Shown here one piece after another: positions 1 to 13,189 of a DNA stretch of 64,000 nt. Position 1 is the first letter of the stretch. The number at the start of each line of letters is the position of its first letter. Under the pieces are notes generated by a model that made no database searches, was not told where the DNA came from, and worked only from the letters and a program-made list of their open reading frames with translations. This DNA comes from Felis catus (Eukaryota), in contig NC_058382.1 in NCBI RefSeq assembly GCF_018350175.1, positions 59,088,001 to 59,152,000 on the forward strand, given 5' to 3'. The position numbers and the translations under genes are program-made.

Positions 1-1371
1 AAAGCAATAACGACAACTGAATTTCACCCCAAAGCCCGCGTCTGTGCCTGCAGCTGATCCGTAAGGAATTCACGGGGTGGTCCCGAGGCCAAGTGGAGGA
101 TCTGTGTCCGTGGATGGCCACGTGGCGGCTCAGGACAGCTCTTAGACAAGTCCTCCCAACGCGGGGGGCAGGCTGGGATCTGGCTTATTCCTTCGTTGAC
201 TTAACTGTTTCCTCTGGAACATGAGGGTGGTCGCTCATCACGGAAGCCGACCTCAGGGACTCAAGTGTCCGCTCCGAAGGGGTGTCCTCGCGAGGCGCGT
301 GGAGGAGATAGATGTGCGTAAGGCAGGGCCACGTCAACTCACTGTCTTCTCCCTGAGCTCTGGATTCCCGAGGGAACCTTTGGCCCTTCTCCGATGCTCT
401 CCCCACCTTATTTACTTGAGGAAAAAGTACAGAACACATGAATATTCTGAACTATTTCCAGAACGATTACACTCGCTGGCGGGCGATCCTTTCACGTTTC
501 TGCCACATGGAACCCCATCTGGTCCCCTCGCCGTGGCCTTTATTTGGGGCGGGGGGATCAGGGAGGGAATTCGGAGACCACGCACGCTTCAACCCAGCAG
601 ATTTGATTCCAACAAGAGAAGGCTCGGGTCCTCCAGACCTTCCACGTTTGCCTTTTTATTTTTTTGAACCGAGCTGGAGTCTGCTTGGCCACATTTCTGT
701 TCTCTGGTGCTGCGGGCTGGTTGGCGCTGGCTCTGGTCAGAAGGGGAACAGAAAAATCCTCAGGGAAAGTACAGGATGTGACAGAAAACTGAGCTGGTGA
801 ATCAGGGGTGGGCTGGTCTCCATTGTGTGAAAAGTGCAAGAGTTCTAGAAGGTTGTGGGCAGGAAATGGCATCGCTGAGTCAGTGCAGAGGACCTTGCTC
901 TGTGAGTCAGGACCCGTGGACAGACACACCTTGGGGCACGGACGTGGATGGAGCCCCGGAGGAGGTTACAGCGGGGTTAATGGAAAAGAGCTTGCAAGCC
1001 TGTTGAGTATTGTTGTGGAGGAAACGGTCCCAAACTTCAGGCTTTTCAGGGAAAACAAGATGTGGAGATGCAGTCTCGGGTGGGTTCCCTGGGAGCAGAC
1101 TGTGGGACGGGGACGCGTGTGAAGGGGTGTATTAGGGAATCTCTCGGGGAGGCGGGGGAGTGAGAAAGGAGGGGTCCAGGCGAGGGTGAGGCCCGCAGTC
1201 TGAGCCGCCAGCGCTGGCTTCTGGGCAGCCGCTGTGCACCCACTCGGGCAGGAGGGCGGAGGGCACCGGGCTGTGCAGGGGGCCAGCTCGCCACGATCAC
1301 ATCCGCAGGCTGCGCCCTTCCCCACTCCGTGCTGAGTGACGGCCGTGGAAATTGGCAACGGCTACAATGCA

Positions 1372-1375
<4 letters not shown>

Positions 1376-1404
<29 letters not shown>
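1376..1404. repeat. poly(T) homopolymer, 29 nt
   Basis: Uninterrupted T run read directly from the sequence. Confidence 0.95.
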
Positions 1405-1406
<2 letters not shown>

Positions 1407-1769
1407 AAGCCTGTTTTCGCACATCTCCCAGCCTGGGTGGACCCCTGACTGTGTCTGGTGCAGGTGCACACGGCGGGCATTTACCGAGGGTTTCCCGTGC
1501 GTCAGGCGCCGTTCTAGGCATTTTTACGCGGTAGCTCATTTGGTCCTCACAGTGAGCCCTGGAGAGGGGGCTGCGTATCATCCCCGTTCACGATCGAGGA
1601 GACGGAGGTGCCTAGAGGTCGGGGCATTTGTGAGGATGAGTCAGACGGGAGGGGGTGGAGTCGCAGCCCGAGCAGCCTGGTCTGAGTCTGTGCCGTGATT
1701 CGCGCCAAGTACACAGGCTTGGACCGCCCAGAAAACGATGGGACGCGTAGGCTGATGTGTCGTCCGTTT

Positions 1770-2185
1770 TAACACTACTGGCAACTGCAAAATATTGGAA
1801 ATTACCCAAATGCCCACATGGAGGCGAGCTGTAAAAAGGAAGGAGACGGTCTGAGGTGGGGCAACATGAGGGTACAACATGAAGGGGGAAAATACCTAAG
1901 TGCAGAACGGAATGTGTAACGCACTGTATTTTGCACGGGACGTATGCTTACACACATACACAGACACGTGCAGGCACATGGATGCACGGTATTATATGTA
2001 ATATCCCCCCCCCAAAAAAAATACAGGAAGGATAAAGCAGAAATAACGAAGGAGATTGCTTCTCCACAGGGTGTGAGGATGGGAGAAGGGACAGGGATAG
2101 GTAGGAGCCTTCAAAGGGTACATTTTTCGCAGCATTTTGACTTTTGGAACTAAGTTAATGTTCATATTTCAGTATTTAAAAATGT
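1770..2185 (+). mobile_element. Degraded ancient L1 (L1ME-like) 3' fragment
   Basis: 'GCAAAATATTGGAAATTACCCAAATGCCC' and downstream AT-rich sequence resemble an L1ME 3' end (recalled consensus). Confidence 0.45.
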
Positions 2186-2191
2186 AAACGC

Positions 2192-2405
2192 GGGGTGCCT
2201 GGGCGGCTCGGTCGGTAAAGCATCTGACTTCGGCTCAGGTCATGATCTCGCGGTCCGTGAGTTCGAGCCCCGCGACGGGCTCTGTGCTGACCGCTCGGAG
2301 CCTGGAGCCTGTTTCGGATTCTGTGTCTCCCTCTCTCTCTGCCCCTCCCCCCGCTTGCACTCTGTCTCTCTCTCTGTCTCTCAAGAATAAATAACAACGC
2401 TAAAA
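2192..2405 (+). mobile_element. Can-SINE (feliform SINEC_Fc-like)
   Basis: GGGGTGCCTGGG start, Pol III B box GTTCGAGCC, (CT)n tract, AATAAA and A-rich tail. Confidence 0.95.
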
Positions 2406-4204
2406 GAGTAACAACGTGAACCCATAGGATGTACCTCTTCGCGGTGGTGGTCATTGGCACGTGGGTGCTTCCCATTTTCTTACACGTGTGCCCGTGGTTT
2501 GCAGCCCTCGGGGGGCAGCCCCATCACAGAGGCTGAGATGCGCTCCCGGGGGACGACAACGTGAACGCCACGGCAGAGGTCGGCCACGAGCTCCTGGGAT
2601 CGCCACGCGCCAAGAAACAGTTCCCACTGCTCAGATTCGGGGGTGTCTGGAAACGACGCGAGACTGCCCAGAGCCCGTGGCATATGAAGAGAAGACCAGG
2701 CTGCAGAAGTCAGCTCCTAGGGGCCCCCCAGCAGCCGCGTCCCCGTAGCCACGAGCCGTGTTCCGACCCCCCTCAGCAGGGGTCAGGAGGCCACGACCAG
2801 GGGCTCTGGGTGGAGATGTGGGATCCAGCCTTTGTTCCAGCCCAGGTCCGCTGTCCCCTGTCTGCGCCCGACCCTCTCTCGCAGGGCCGAGGGCGCACGG
2901 CCGACGGGCCGAGCAGGCCAGCCGATAAGAGACTGTGAAACCAGACTGAGCTGCTCGCCTGCTCTCAGCCGCCCCGCCAGGCTGGGGATTTCATGAGAAC
3001 AGGCTCTCTCTTGAGGTCTGTGCTAATTCCTTTTCCCAACTGGGCTGGGAATACCATCAAACAGCTGTGCTGCGGCGGTCCAGGGCGTCCGTATCTATCC
3101 TGACGAGCACCGGAAGGCATGCGCGTCCACAGACACAGGGAGGACATTCTGGGAATCTGCAGCTTTGGATTTCAGGGGGGTTTGCACTGTTTGGTCTTCT
3201 GGCTCATTCTTGGGACCGGTTCTGGTCTCGCGTTCCTGGGCCCCATGGGATAAGTGTCACCTTCTCATCTAATGGAGGGGAAAGAGCATCATTTGGCGCA
3301 GACAAGAGCCCCGCGTTCCTGTCCTGATTTCTTCTCGTCCACGCTGTGTGACCTTGGGTGGATCACTCTCCTTCTCTGAACCCTGGATGGGGAGATGAAA
3401 ATACGAATACCCACCTGGACGGCAGGGACTTGCACGTGTCCGGCCGTGCAGGGGAGGCGCCAGAGGCCAAGCCTGTGGCCCACGGTTGCACAGCTAGGGG
3501 GCAGAGGAGCCAGGTGGGCCCGCACCCCAACTTCCGCTGGCCTCCCTCACCTCAGCGGGGCAGCTGGGGCTCTCCCTGCTCGGCCTTACGCTGTTTAGAG
3601 TCTGTAAACCCGCTAATCCCCGACCACGTGTCGTTCCCAGACATTTAACGGGCCTCCCTTCAGAGCTCAAGCCAGAGGGCTGGCTCCCCCCTCCGTTCAC
3701 TTAGTGTCCAGGTTTCCGATTTACTGGGAGAAGCCCAGCACGCTCCCTTTGGTGCCTTGATAGCCAGAGCTGGCGAGAGAGCCCGGAGGCCAGAGGCTCT
3801 TGGAACGCGTTTTCAGGTAGAAGGAGAGGGGGCATCTCTCTCCCCGGGGGAGACGGCCCCTGCCCACCGCCCCAGCACCCGGGTGCAGTAACCTTCGCAG
3901 GATGAGCCTGCAGGTCCGAACCCCAGGCAGAGCTGGGGAGAGGCTCCCAGATGCTGGGCCCAAGGTGTTGAGGGGGAAGCAGTGGGGCCTCTTCAAGTGA
4001 AGCCTCTTCAGCTTATCTTTGGGTCTGAAATCGCCGCGGAATGTTCCAGATAGAACTCAGGTTCACCCCAACAGAAGTCTGACTCACTAGCATCCTGGCA
4101 GACGCTCCTAGTGGCCATGTCTGTGCTTTGCAGCGTGTCTACGTCAACGCCATGACTGTCTGCTGAGCTAGGAGGCGGCTGTGACCGAGAGGGACTGCGC
4201 CGGA

Positions 4205-4292
4205 CTTGGGATTAAATCTCAGCTTGGCCCTTACGATGACTTGGGCCACGATGTCACTCCCTGAGCCTCAGTTTCCTCATCTGGGAAATGGG
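4205..4292 (+). mobile_element. MIR fragment
   Basis: MIR core 'CCCTGAGCCTCAGTTTCCTCATCTGGGAAATGGG'. Confidence 0.75.
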
Positions 4293-5749
4293 CGAGCTCA
4301 CGCCCCAAGTCACTTGATCATCTCAGCCAGAACCTTCTAGAAGGAAAGTTTCTACCAGGGGCACCCGGGTGTGGATGGGGACCATCTCCAGCAAATCAGG
4401 GCTGTTTGGGGGACTAGCACCCAGAAAGCACTCCATAAATGTCAGCTCTGGCCGTGCACGCCCGTTCCCAATTCCGGGCCCTTCTGGGCACTTTACTTGC
4501 AGCTATCAAGTTATTTTGCTGTGGCAAGTGGCACAAGGAGGGAGGACTGCTGTTATTTCTGGAAGCAAAGGTCCGTGGACTCTGGAGTGCAGAAATACCC
4601 CACTTTATTTCTGTGGCACAGACACGCATGCCCCTGGATGTCCCTCTGGAGGGTGTGGGGGGCCAGCTCCTTCAGAGCCGCACGCGGGCCGGTGCGCCCG
4701 CTGGGGACCAGCGCGACCTGCTGTCTTCCTTCAGGCTTGTCCGTGACACTCTCTCCATCACCATCTTTGAAACCACACATCCTTTTCAGGAAAAAGAAAA
4801 ACAAAAAACAAAAAACAACAACGCTGTAGTCTGACATTCCAAGAAGAAACTCAACTGTGCTGGTCCCCTTCCAGGGGCCACTCCGGGGGACAGGGGATCG
4901 CAGAACTAGCAGCCGGCCCTCCGACGCTGACATTTTCCTAGGATGTACTTAAGTCTGGCTTGTGTTGCTTTCTGTCTCCACAACAATTACCAAGATTTAT
5001 TTTTTATTGCTCTAGCTAACTCTGCCAGGACCACACTTCCTTCTTCTTCTTAAAGGAACAGCCGTACGAACGGAAGGGCCTCGGAAGCGAGCCTTTTCAG
5101 TCGCAGAAATGAAAATAAACAAGGCAGCGCGTCTCTTCTGGAGACAATGCCAAAGGGGCTTCTGGCTCTTCTCTGCTCGACAGATGGGTTCACCCAGAGA
5201 CACGGCCGCCGTCCCCAGGCGAGGCCGCGTTGTTAAAATTGTCCTTCCCAAGGGGTTCCTCAGAGCACCCGCCCGGAGCTCAGAAGGCACTCTGTCCTTG
5301 ACACTGGGCCCCCGATCTCTTGAGTGGTGACAAAAATCGAGTCGGGGGGTACGCGTTTCTCCGAGCTGATGCGGTTTTCCAGGATGACGGTCCAGAGGCG
5401 AAGGACCCTTTTGTGGTGTCCGGGTGGTCTGGGATGGGCTTGCCTGTGTCCTTCCCGGGGACCCCTTTGCTATGAAGACAGAGGAACCTGGGGTTGCCCT
5501 GCGGGGCTGTTCCAGCGAGGTGACACCAGCGTCATGGCCCGGGTGTCATTCCTGCTGCTCCGGGTCCAGGCTGTGTGGCCCTGGAAGGTTGCTCCTCGTC
5601 TCTGAGCCCCAGTCACATGGCTGGAAAGCACGTGCCTCCCCGGGCTGCCGTGAGGACCCCCGGAGACCAGGGATGGACATGGGCTTGCATGCCTGGCAGC
5701 TGTACCTGTGGTCGGCTGTTCAATGGTCCCGCGTGGAGAGGGAGAGAGG

Positions 5750-6082
5750 GTCCTGGGTTATCCGGGTGGGTCCAGCGTAGCCAGAGGGGCCTTCCAAGAG
5801 GCACAGGAGGTCAGAAAGAAGCGAGGCCAGAAGCAGAGGCCGTGGTGATGGGGGCTACCGGCCAAGGATGGCTCGCAGCCTCTGGGTGCTGGAGGGCAAG
5901 GGGACGCCTTCTCTCCGGAGCCTCCAGAAGGAAGCAGCAGCCCTGCTGATACCTTGACTTGAGCCCCGTGAGCCCCGCCCATGTCGGACTCCCGGCCTCA
6001 GACTGTGGAGGGACAAGCGTGCGTTGTTCGAAGCCACTGAGGTTGGGGCCATTTGGTGCCGCAGCCACAGGAGGTGAAGACA
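5750..6082 (+). mobile_element. ERVL-MaLR LTR, MLT1D-like (partial)
   Basis: 'GAGCCTCCAGAAGGAAGCAGCAGCCCTGCTGATACCTTG...GTTGTTCGAAGCCACTGAGGTTGGGGCCATTTG...CAGGAGGTGAAGACA' follows the MLT1 3' half. Confidence 0.75.
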
Positions 6083-8558
6083 GTGCCCGGGGCCGCCATC
6101 ACCATGACCGATAATGGCAGCGAGCAGATTGCTCCGTGCTGTGCCTCCTAGCCAGGCGGTCCTCCCAGGGTCTATGTGGGCCTCCAGCGCCCTGAGGCTG
6201 CCATTCGTTCGTTTGTTCGTCCATTCATTCATTCTGAGCTCCCACAATCTGCTGGAGACACCTTGCTCAGCACTGACCCCTCAGGCTCCCTGCCTTTTCT
6301 CCCTTCCCCCACCCCAGGTCTGTGTCCAACCCCACAGCCGGAGTGACCTGTGCTGTAACCCGGGGCCTTCCTCTGTCCCAGCCCCGGCACCAGAGCCCGG
6401 AACCCCCGCCACCTGGCGCTCACCTCCCCTGGCAGCCTCTGGCACATAGTAGGTGCTCAGAAAAATCTCTTGTACTTAAGGGACAAAAGATCTTTGCCTG
6501 CTCTGTTCAGGGCTGTGGTCTGTTCAACCCGGAGCAGCATGTGGCTTATTAGAGGACCCCGCGAACACCTTACGAGTGAATAGTGGGGGGCCTGCGCCCA
6601 CAGGCCTGCAGAGGTGAGCGATGCCCTCATGGCCCCAGGGGAGGGAGTCTCCGGCCGCTCTGAGGTCTCCCCCGGCAGCCTCCCAAACACATGTCTGTGT
6701 GAATCAGAACGTGACTGACACAGAGAGAGAGAGAGGCGGTCAAAAGGCCACGAGCCAGCCGTCGTCCCTCGGCTTTTCCCAGATGAGGCTGAGCAAAATG
6801 TCTTCTGCCCAGGTCTGGCCGTGGCTGGTTCTGGTGACCGCTGTGGGTCAGGCAGGGTCTGCACACCGAGGGCTGGGGGCACCGTCTTCCCAACAGGGTC
6901 TCGGGGCCAGGAGCCTCGTGTGCAAGGAGAGAGCCCCATCTTCTCTCGGCGGTGTGTGCCCACGGCCTGCACGAGGCCCCCGCTTCCGGGCTGTGTGTCG
7001 GGGACCAGGCTGCTCCCTGTGGCTCCTGCCGGCGGCCAAGGTCAGGGGAGGAGGCTCTGTCAGGGCGACACAGGTCGGGGTGTCCCTGCACACCCTCCTG
7101 GGCACACACACCTGGCTAAAGGAAGAGGGCCGAGCCCTTGGGCCTCTCTAGAGGGGCCGCCAAGGGTGCCTGGCTTCCTGCTGGGAGTGCGTGTTCTCGG
7201 GGCCGTGGGTGGTCTGCCCGCCTGGCCTGCCCATCGCCTGGAGGGCCTCCTCCAAACAGGAGCCTTGGCCACTGCGTGAAGGGGGCGGGGCAGGCGGCGC
7301 GGACATGTGTCATCTCGGGGGCTCCCGATCCAAGGTTCGGTCACGTTCCGCGGTGCTGCGGGTGTGGACGTGTAAATCCTGGGCGGACAAAACTCCACCC
7401 CGACATCCCCCTTGAGACGTACGCTCCTCCAGAGCCGCCGTCACGGGTGGCTCCGTCCACTATTTCGGAAGGACTCTCTGAGTTTTCCCAGCACTTCACG
7501 GGTTCCACTGTCTCCACATTTGCCGTAAGTGTGAAACCCGCGGAGTCGGGGAGGCAGGTGTCGTTGGTAGGCTCCTGTGTCCCAGCACCCCCAAACTGGG
7601 GGTGGGGGCTCGGGGGATGTTTGCTGAGCGACCCAACGCAAGGCCTGTCTCCCGCGTCCTCTGTCAGACTGTGCGCCCGCCCAGGACAGCGACGCGGCGG
7701 CCAAGGCCAGGCCCGGGGCACACACTCAATAAATGCTTGGGAAATAGAGTCACTCCTTGGTCCAGCGGCGAAGTTTCCTGTGAGTCAGTAAATCACTTTA
7801 ACTAACGAAGGAGCGGCAATCCCAGAGGAGCAGACGACTCAACTGTGCAGATAATTCCTGAGTTTCTAAAAAGTGTCTCTTTAAAGAAGGAACGTCCCCG
7901 GGGGGCTCCTGGCTCTCCAAGAAGGCCCACTTCCCACTCTCTTAAGAGCTCGTTTTGGCCCTGAGACAAGATTCGGTTGGTAGTTTTTTAACGAATAATG
8001 TCTGGTATTGCAAAAGTTAGCCCTGAAAATCTTCACAGAAGTAGAAGGAATTAAGGCAGATAATCCAACAGCCACAGACGAGCAGGATGTTACTTCCTTC
8101 TGCTCGTGCTTTGTGTGTCTATTTTTACGTGCTGATAACCAAATTTAAGTACAGCCGGGTTGCTGCTTCGATTAAGCAGAAATCCATCTTGAAAGCGTTC
8201 TCTAGTTTCCAAGCCCTGGAAACCCCCGGGGCTCTGGACGGGCCTGGGCCTGGGGCAGGAGGGGCGCAGGGCCAGGCTGCGCCTGGAGCACGAGCCTCAG
8301 GCGCCCTCGAGGAGGACACCGCTGGCATGCACCTGCCGACACGCCCGTGCCCCGGCCCGGCTGCTCTGCGGCCCGGACTGCTGACCCCCATCCCGGGGAG
8401 CGGCTCCGGGCCGGCTGGGATCTGGGACGAGGCCCCCGGTGTTTGGGAGGGAAACGATACATCCCGACGGCTGGATGCGCTGGGGCCGATTCAGGCTCTG
8501 TGGTGGGAGCTGCTGTTATTTCAGACAAAGAGCTAAGAGAGCTGTTTTGTTTTTCAGA

Positions 8559-8670
8559 CCGTGTCTCTGGAATTGTCTCCTTTAAAAAAAAAAAAAAAGT
8601 GTCTCTGAAATTGTCTCCTTTAAAAAAAAAAAAACCGTGTCTCTGGAATTGTCTCCTTTAAAAAAAAAAA
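8559..8670. repeat. Tandem repeat, 3 x (GTGTCTCTG[G/A]AATTGTCTCCTTT + A15/A13/A11)
   Basis: Three near-identical units start at 8561, 8599 and 8637. Confidence 0.95.
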
Positions 8671-9560
8671 CTCTGATTTTATCCCAAAGTGGACGTTCCA
8701 AACCCCAAACCTCTAATCCAGGCTCGCTTGAAGGCTCCTGCCCTGGCCGGGAGCTGGCGCCGGGTTCGGGGCACCGGCGGGGAAGCACAGAGGCCGCCCG
8801 GTTCAGCCCGCCGCAGAGCCGGGGCCGGCGGGGTGAGCCCTCCAGGGAGCCCCTCGTCTGCGGCGGGCCCTTGGGGGGTCTGGGGGTGGGGAGGCCAGGG
8901 AGAGGGGCTGGGCGGGAGGCATTTGCTGAGGGGCACGTGTCTTCCAGAAGGCAGCCATCGGTGTCCAAGAATGCCACAGAGTGCCTTCCAGAATTCTATC
9001 TTCCGAGTGTGTGGGGAGGCTCACCCTTGGCTGACACGCTGGGAACGTCGTGAGTGCTGTGTCTGGGCTGGCACTCACCGCCCCCGACGAACGGGAGAGC
9101 CCCCGCCTGCAGTCCTGGGGGCGGCAGGGGAAACAGCAGGCCTCCTCCCAGCCAGGGGCCCCTCCCCTGCCGCCCCCCCCCACCGACCCTCTGCTGGCCT
9201 CCCCCCACTGCCGCGCAGACCAGGACCGAGACTGCCCCTCCTAGCACATTTCTGTCGCCCTTCAGGTCCCGGAACAGCGACATTGCTGTCTGGTGGCTGG
9301 GTGGAGAGCGGCTGGCCACTAATTGCTAGGTCAAGACAATGCTGGGTTGCCAGTCATTGAGGCCCTACTGTGTGGCCAAGTTCAGCGTGGGCGGCCTTGT
9401 ACGTGCCGCCTCAGTGACTCCTCACGGCAATGCTGCGAGGCGATCCGTTTTCCAGATTGGAAAGACTGAGGCTCCGAGAGGTGGCCGTCACCTGGCTGGA
9501 GGGGGCAGGGCAAGCCTAGGGCTGATGGGTTCCCTTTATCTTGCACCACGTTACCTTTAG

Positions 9561-9993
9561 TGTATCGCGGGTTGGAACGTGTTCCCCCCCCAAAAAACAT
9601 ACGTGTACCCTGACCCCTGGCACGGGTGAATGGGACCTTATTTGGAAAACACTTCTGTGCAGATGTCATTGAGGATCTTAAGATGAAGTCACCCTGGTTT
9701 TAGAGTGAGCCCTGAATGTAATGACAAGCATCCTTATAAGGGACAGAAGAGGAGGTTACAGGCCATATGAGGACCAAGCAGAGACTGGGATGGCATGTGC
9801 AAAAGCTGGGACTGGCCGCTGCCACCAGAGCTGGGGGACAGGCACCAGCCAGAGCCTCCCGAGGGAGCCAGCCCTGCCCACACCTTGATTCTGGACTTCT
9901 GGCCACCAGAGCCAGGAGGCAGCAAAATCACATTGCTTTTAGCCACCAAGTTTGCGGTGGTTTTCTTCCCAGCAGCCCTGGGAGACTAACACA
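9561..9993 (+). mobile_element. ERVL-MaLR solo LTR (MLT1B/C-like)
   Basis: TG...CA ends; typical MLT1 motifs 'GAATGGGACCTTATTTGGAAA', 'CCTTATAAG', 'CAGCCCTGCCCACACCTTGATTCTGGACTTCTGGCC', 'AGCAGCCCTGGGAGACTAACACA'. Confidence 0.88.
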
Positions 9994-11679
9994 GCTGCCC
10001 TGCGGGCTGGCGGCCTCCCCACGGTCCATCTTCCTCAGTCTAGACGAGCCTGTGGGGCTCTGGTGCCGGGTGGGTGCCCACGGTCGGGGAGCCGTGCGAG
10101 TTCCCAGCATCTCGGGGCTCCCCCACGTGCAGATGTCCTCCCTGGATGGCTCCCTGGGTCCTTGGTAGCGTCTGAGTGCCCGTGTGTGCGTGTCACTCCC
10201 ATTCTGCTGTCCACGGATACCCCAAGAGCCGTGGTTCAGCCCAGCGCAGAAAAGTCGTCACCCGTGACTTGGCAAATCTTTACCGAGTGTCCTCTGTGTG
10301 CGAGGCCCCGATCCAGGCCCTAGGATACGGCAGCCAGGAACACAGGGTCCCCACCCGCGAGGGAGTGAGGACAGAGGGAGAGTCACACAAGGAGCAAGAA
10401 AGGCGACCGAAACGGAGCCGGGGGCAGAGAGGGCGCACGGATGGAGACGGGGGCAGAAGCCAAAGGGCAGGCCCACGGTGACGCCCTCCTGGCTGGCTCA
10501 CTGACTCCCCCAGAAATGCTCACAGGTCTGCCTCACGGATCGTGACTTTACCGGCGGAGACCCCGAGGCCCCAGGGAAATGCAGTCACTCGTACAAGGCC
10601 ACGGGCTCCGTGCCACTTTTTCCAGCCCCTCCCCACATGGTAATCCAGGGCGACAACAATCACTTGTGTCGTGCACGGGTCTCGGGGTGGATGGCACTCG
10701 GCCGGCAGCCTCCGGCAGTTGCGGGCGGTTGGGGGTTGGTCTGCGCCGGGGGAAGAGTCCCTCACAGGGCGGGTGCCTGGGGGGGGCGGGGGACGAAGCA
10801 GCCGGGGCTGGAACAGCTGGGTGTCTCCAGCTCTCTTCCCTCTGTCTCTGTCTCCCTTCCTCTCTCTCCAGACCCCACGCCAGCTCTCGGTCTAGGTGTG
10901 GCTGGATTCTGGGCATCGTCTGTGCCAGTCAAAGGCTCCCGGGGCAAGCATCCCAAGCAGACCAACGAGGCTGCCTGGCCTTCTTGAACGGCCCCTGGAG
11001 GTCACTCCGAGCCACACGGGCCACATGATCCAGGTGCAGTCATAAAGGCTCATACCGGTTGAGGTGAGCTGCTCGGCCGTCGGGCTGAGTCTCGGGCACA
11101 GCCGGCCCCTCCCCGCTCTCCCATGCCGCACCCAGCCAGATCCTCTGCCCGGCTGGCTCTCCCTCCCCAGCTCTGCAGCCTGCTGCCCCAGGACACCAGC
11201 GAGGACGAGGACGATCCCACCACAGAGCAGACCCGCTGGTTTGGCTGCAGAGGCCGGTGCCACACACCCACCACTGCTGCCCCCCCCCCAATGTCTGCCC
11301 TGCCGTGTGAACACAACTGCATCCTGGGGGAGGACGGGCCGGGCAAATCCCTGGGTCCACGATCTTCCCGAGACACAGCCACGGAGTCGTCAAACTTCCT
11401 GAAGCAACGCTTGTTCTAATGGAGTGTATTTTGGGTGTTGGAAATGCAAACCTCAGCGCTTGACCAGGTGTGTCCGTGGACACGTCCTAATAGGACAAAA
11501 TGCACCGTGCGTGGATTTCTACCACGGGTTTATATTTTTAACATTTACAACCAATAAACGTTGCCTCCAACATCAACACAAGAAAAGGAAGATCATAAAC
11601 CCTTCCTTTCCGGTAGTGAAGGGAGTGGAGTCCCAGGCCGCGATGCTCACCGTCTCTTGTACAGCAACCGCGAGCGAAT

Positions 11680-11840
11680 GCCTGCCCCGGGCCAGATTCT
11701 GGGCTGAGCCTTTCGCATTTACCATCTCATCGCGTCCTCAGACAACACTATTGTTGTCATTTCCATTTGAGACAGATTGGCCGTTTGCTCAAGGTCACGT
11801 GTTAGCAGGAGACAGAGCCGGGGCCCGAACGTCCCGGTCC
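11680..11840 (-). mobile_element. MIR fragment
   Basis: 'TTTACCATCTCATCGCGTCCTCAGACAACAC...TTTGCTCAAGGTCACGTGTTAGCAGG...GAGCCGGGGCCCGAAC' resembles antisense MIR. Confidence 0.55.
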
Positions 11841-13189
11841 CCAAATGGATATTGCACGTGATCCAATCCCTGTCATGAAAGCTCTTCTGTCAGGACGCAG
11901 AATATTCCCCAATCAACCTTCCCTCAACATCTGCTCGGGATGCCTCCCCTTTGAAAAATTCACTCTGCCACGTGTAATTCGGTGGCACCTGGCAGAGGGG
12001 TCTGAGGAAATTGGCAGCTGGCAGGTGAATTTGTCCTGGAGCTCGGCCATGGGCCAGGGAGGGACAAGCGAGGTGGTTCTCCAGGAGTTTCGTGGGCCCA
12101 GGGCAAAGAGGAAGAGCGAGTACCCCTTCCCGGAGAGAGATTCCCAGCAGGAAACAAGGGAGGAGCCAGAGAGCCCACACTGGGTTCTCTGAGCAGATCA
12201 ATACCATCCAGAAACACCTAGCCGGGCTGATCAGGAAAGAGCAGAAATGATGCCGGTTACCAGTATCGGGGACGAGAGTGTGGACGCGACCGCAGGTCTC
12301 ACGGACAGCGTGGAGGGAGTGGGCAGGCTGCTGGAGAGACACAGGCCACCATGGCTAACGCTGGAGGAGACAGGGGACCCCAGGAGTCCTATCTCACTGA
12401 AAAAACTTCCCACAGAGAAAATGCTAGTCCCCTGTGGCTTCACTGGTGAAGTCTACCAAACAGTTAAGGAAAGCGATTTTTTTTTTTTCCAATTCTGCAC
12501 AGACCTGTGCAGAAAACTGAAAGGGAAGGATGATTACTCAACTCATTTCATGACCTGGCACCACCCTGATACCAGATCTGGACAAAGAAATGGTAAGAGG
12601 ACGGAACTACGGACTAATATTCCTCGTGAACACAGAAGCAGAAATTCTAAACAAAATCTAGGAAATCAAATCCATCGATACACTAAAGGACTCAAAGAAC
12701 TCAAAGTTCTGCCCCAGAAGATCGGACTCATTGATTAGAAAAGTCAGTGAAACTCATCATTATTAACAATCTAACGAAAGAGTCACGTGATCATCTCCAA
12801 AGAGACAGAAAAAAACATTTGGCAAAAGCTGCCACCCATTCCTGGTTTACAACACTCTTAGAGAACAGTGGATGGAAGGAAACCTCCTCACCCTAATAAA
12901 TACGAACTATTCCACACGTCAGAGTTAACTCTAAACGGATCACAGATCCAACTGTGAACCCTGAAACTGTAAAACTTCTTGGATAAAGGAGCAAACAGGT
13001 GGCCTGTTAGACAAAGACTTCTTAGGTCCGCCATGTTCTGTAGCTTGCAGATGGGCGTGACCTACAAACGGATGATGGAAAACTCTGCATTGTCTCAAAA
13101 TTCAAACTCCCTGCTGTTCCAAAGCAAAGTTAAGACAATGGTCGGACAAGCTCCATGTTGAGAGAAGATGTTTGAAAGATCATGTGTCT

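Noticed and set aside
185..439. Minus-strand ORF with a protein-like C-terminus (EDTPSERTLESLRS...TKE)
   Set aside because: No recognised homologue and no convincing splice acceptor; cannot be supported without a search.
1362..1420. T29 tract as a poly(A)-only retro-insertion
   Set aside because: Flanks (TGCAGGAC / TGCAAGCC) are too dissimilar to call a TSD.
8559..8670. Repeat-spacer pattern superficially like a CRISPR array
   Set aside because: Spacers are poly(A), the DNA is mammalian and there are no cas genes.
12247..12738. 163-aa ORF with reverse-transcriptase-like motif
   Set aside because: Decayed L1 ORF2 that frameshifts out of homology; not a functional gene or retron-like system.
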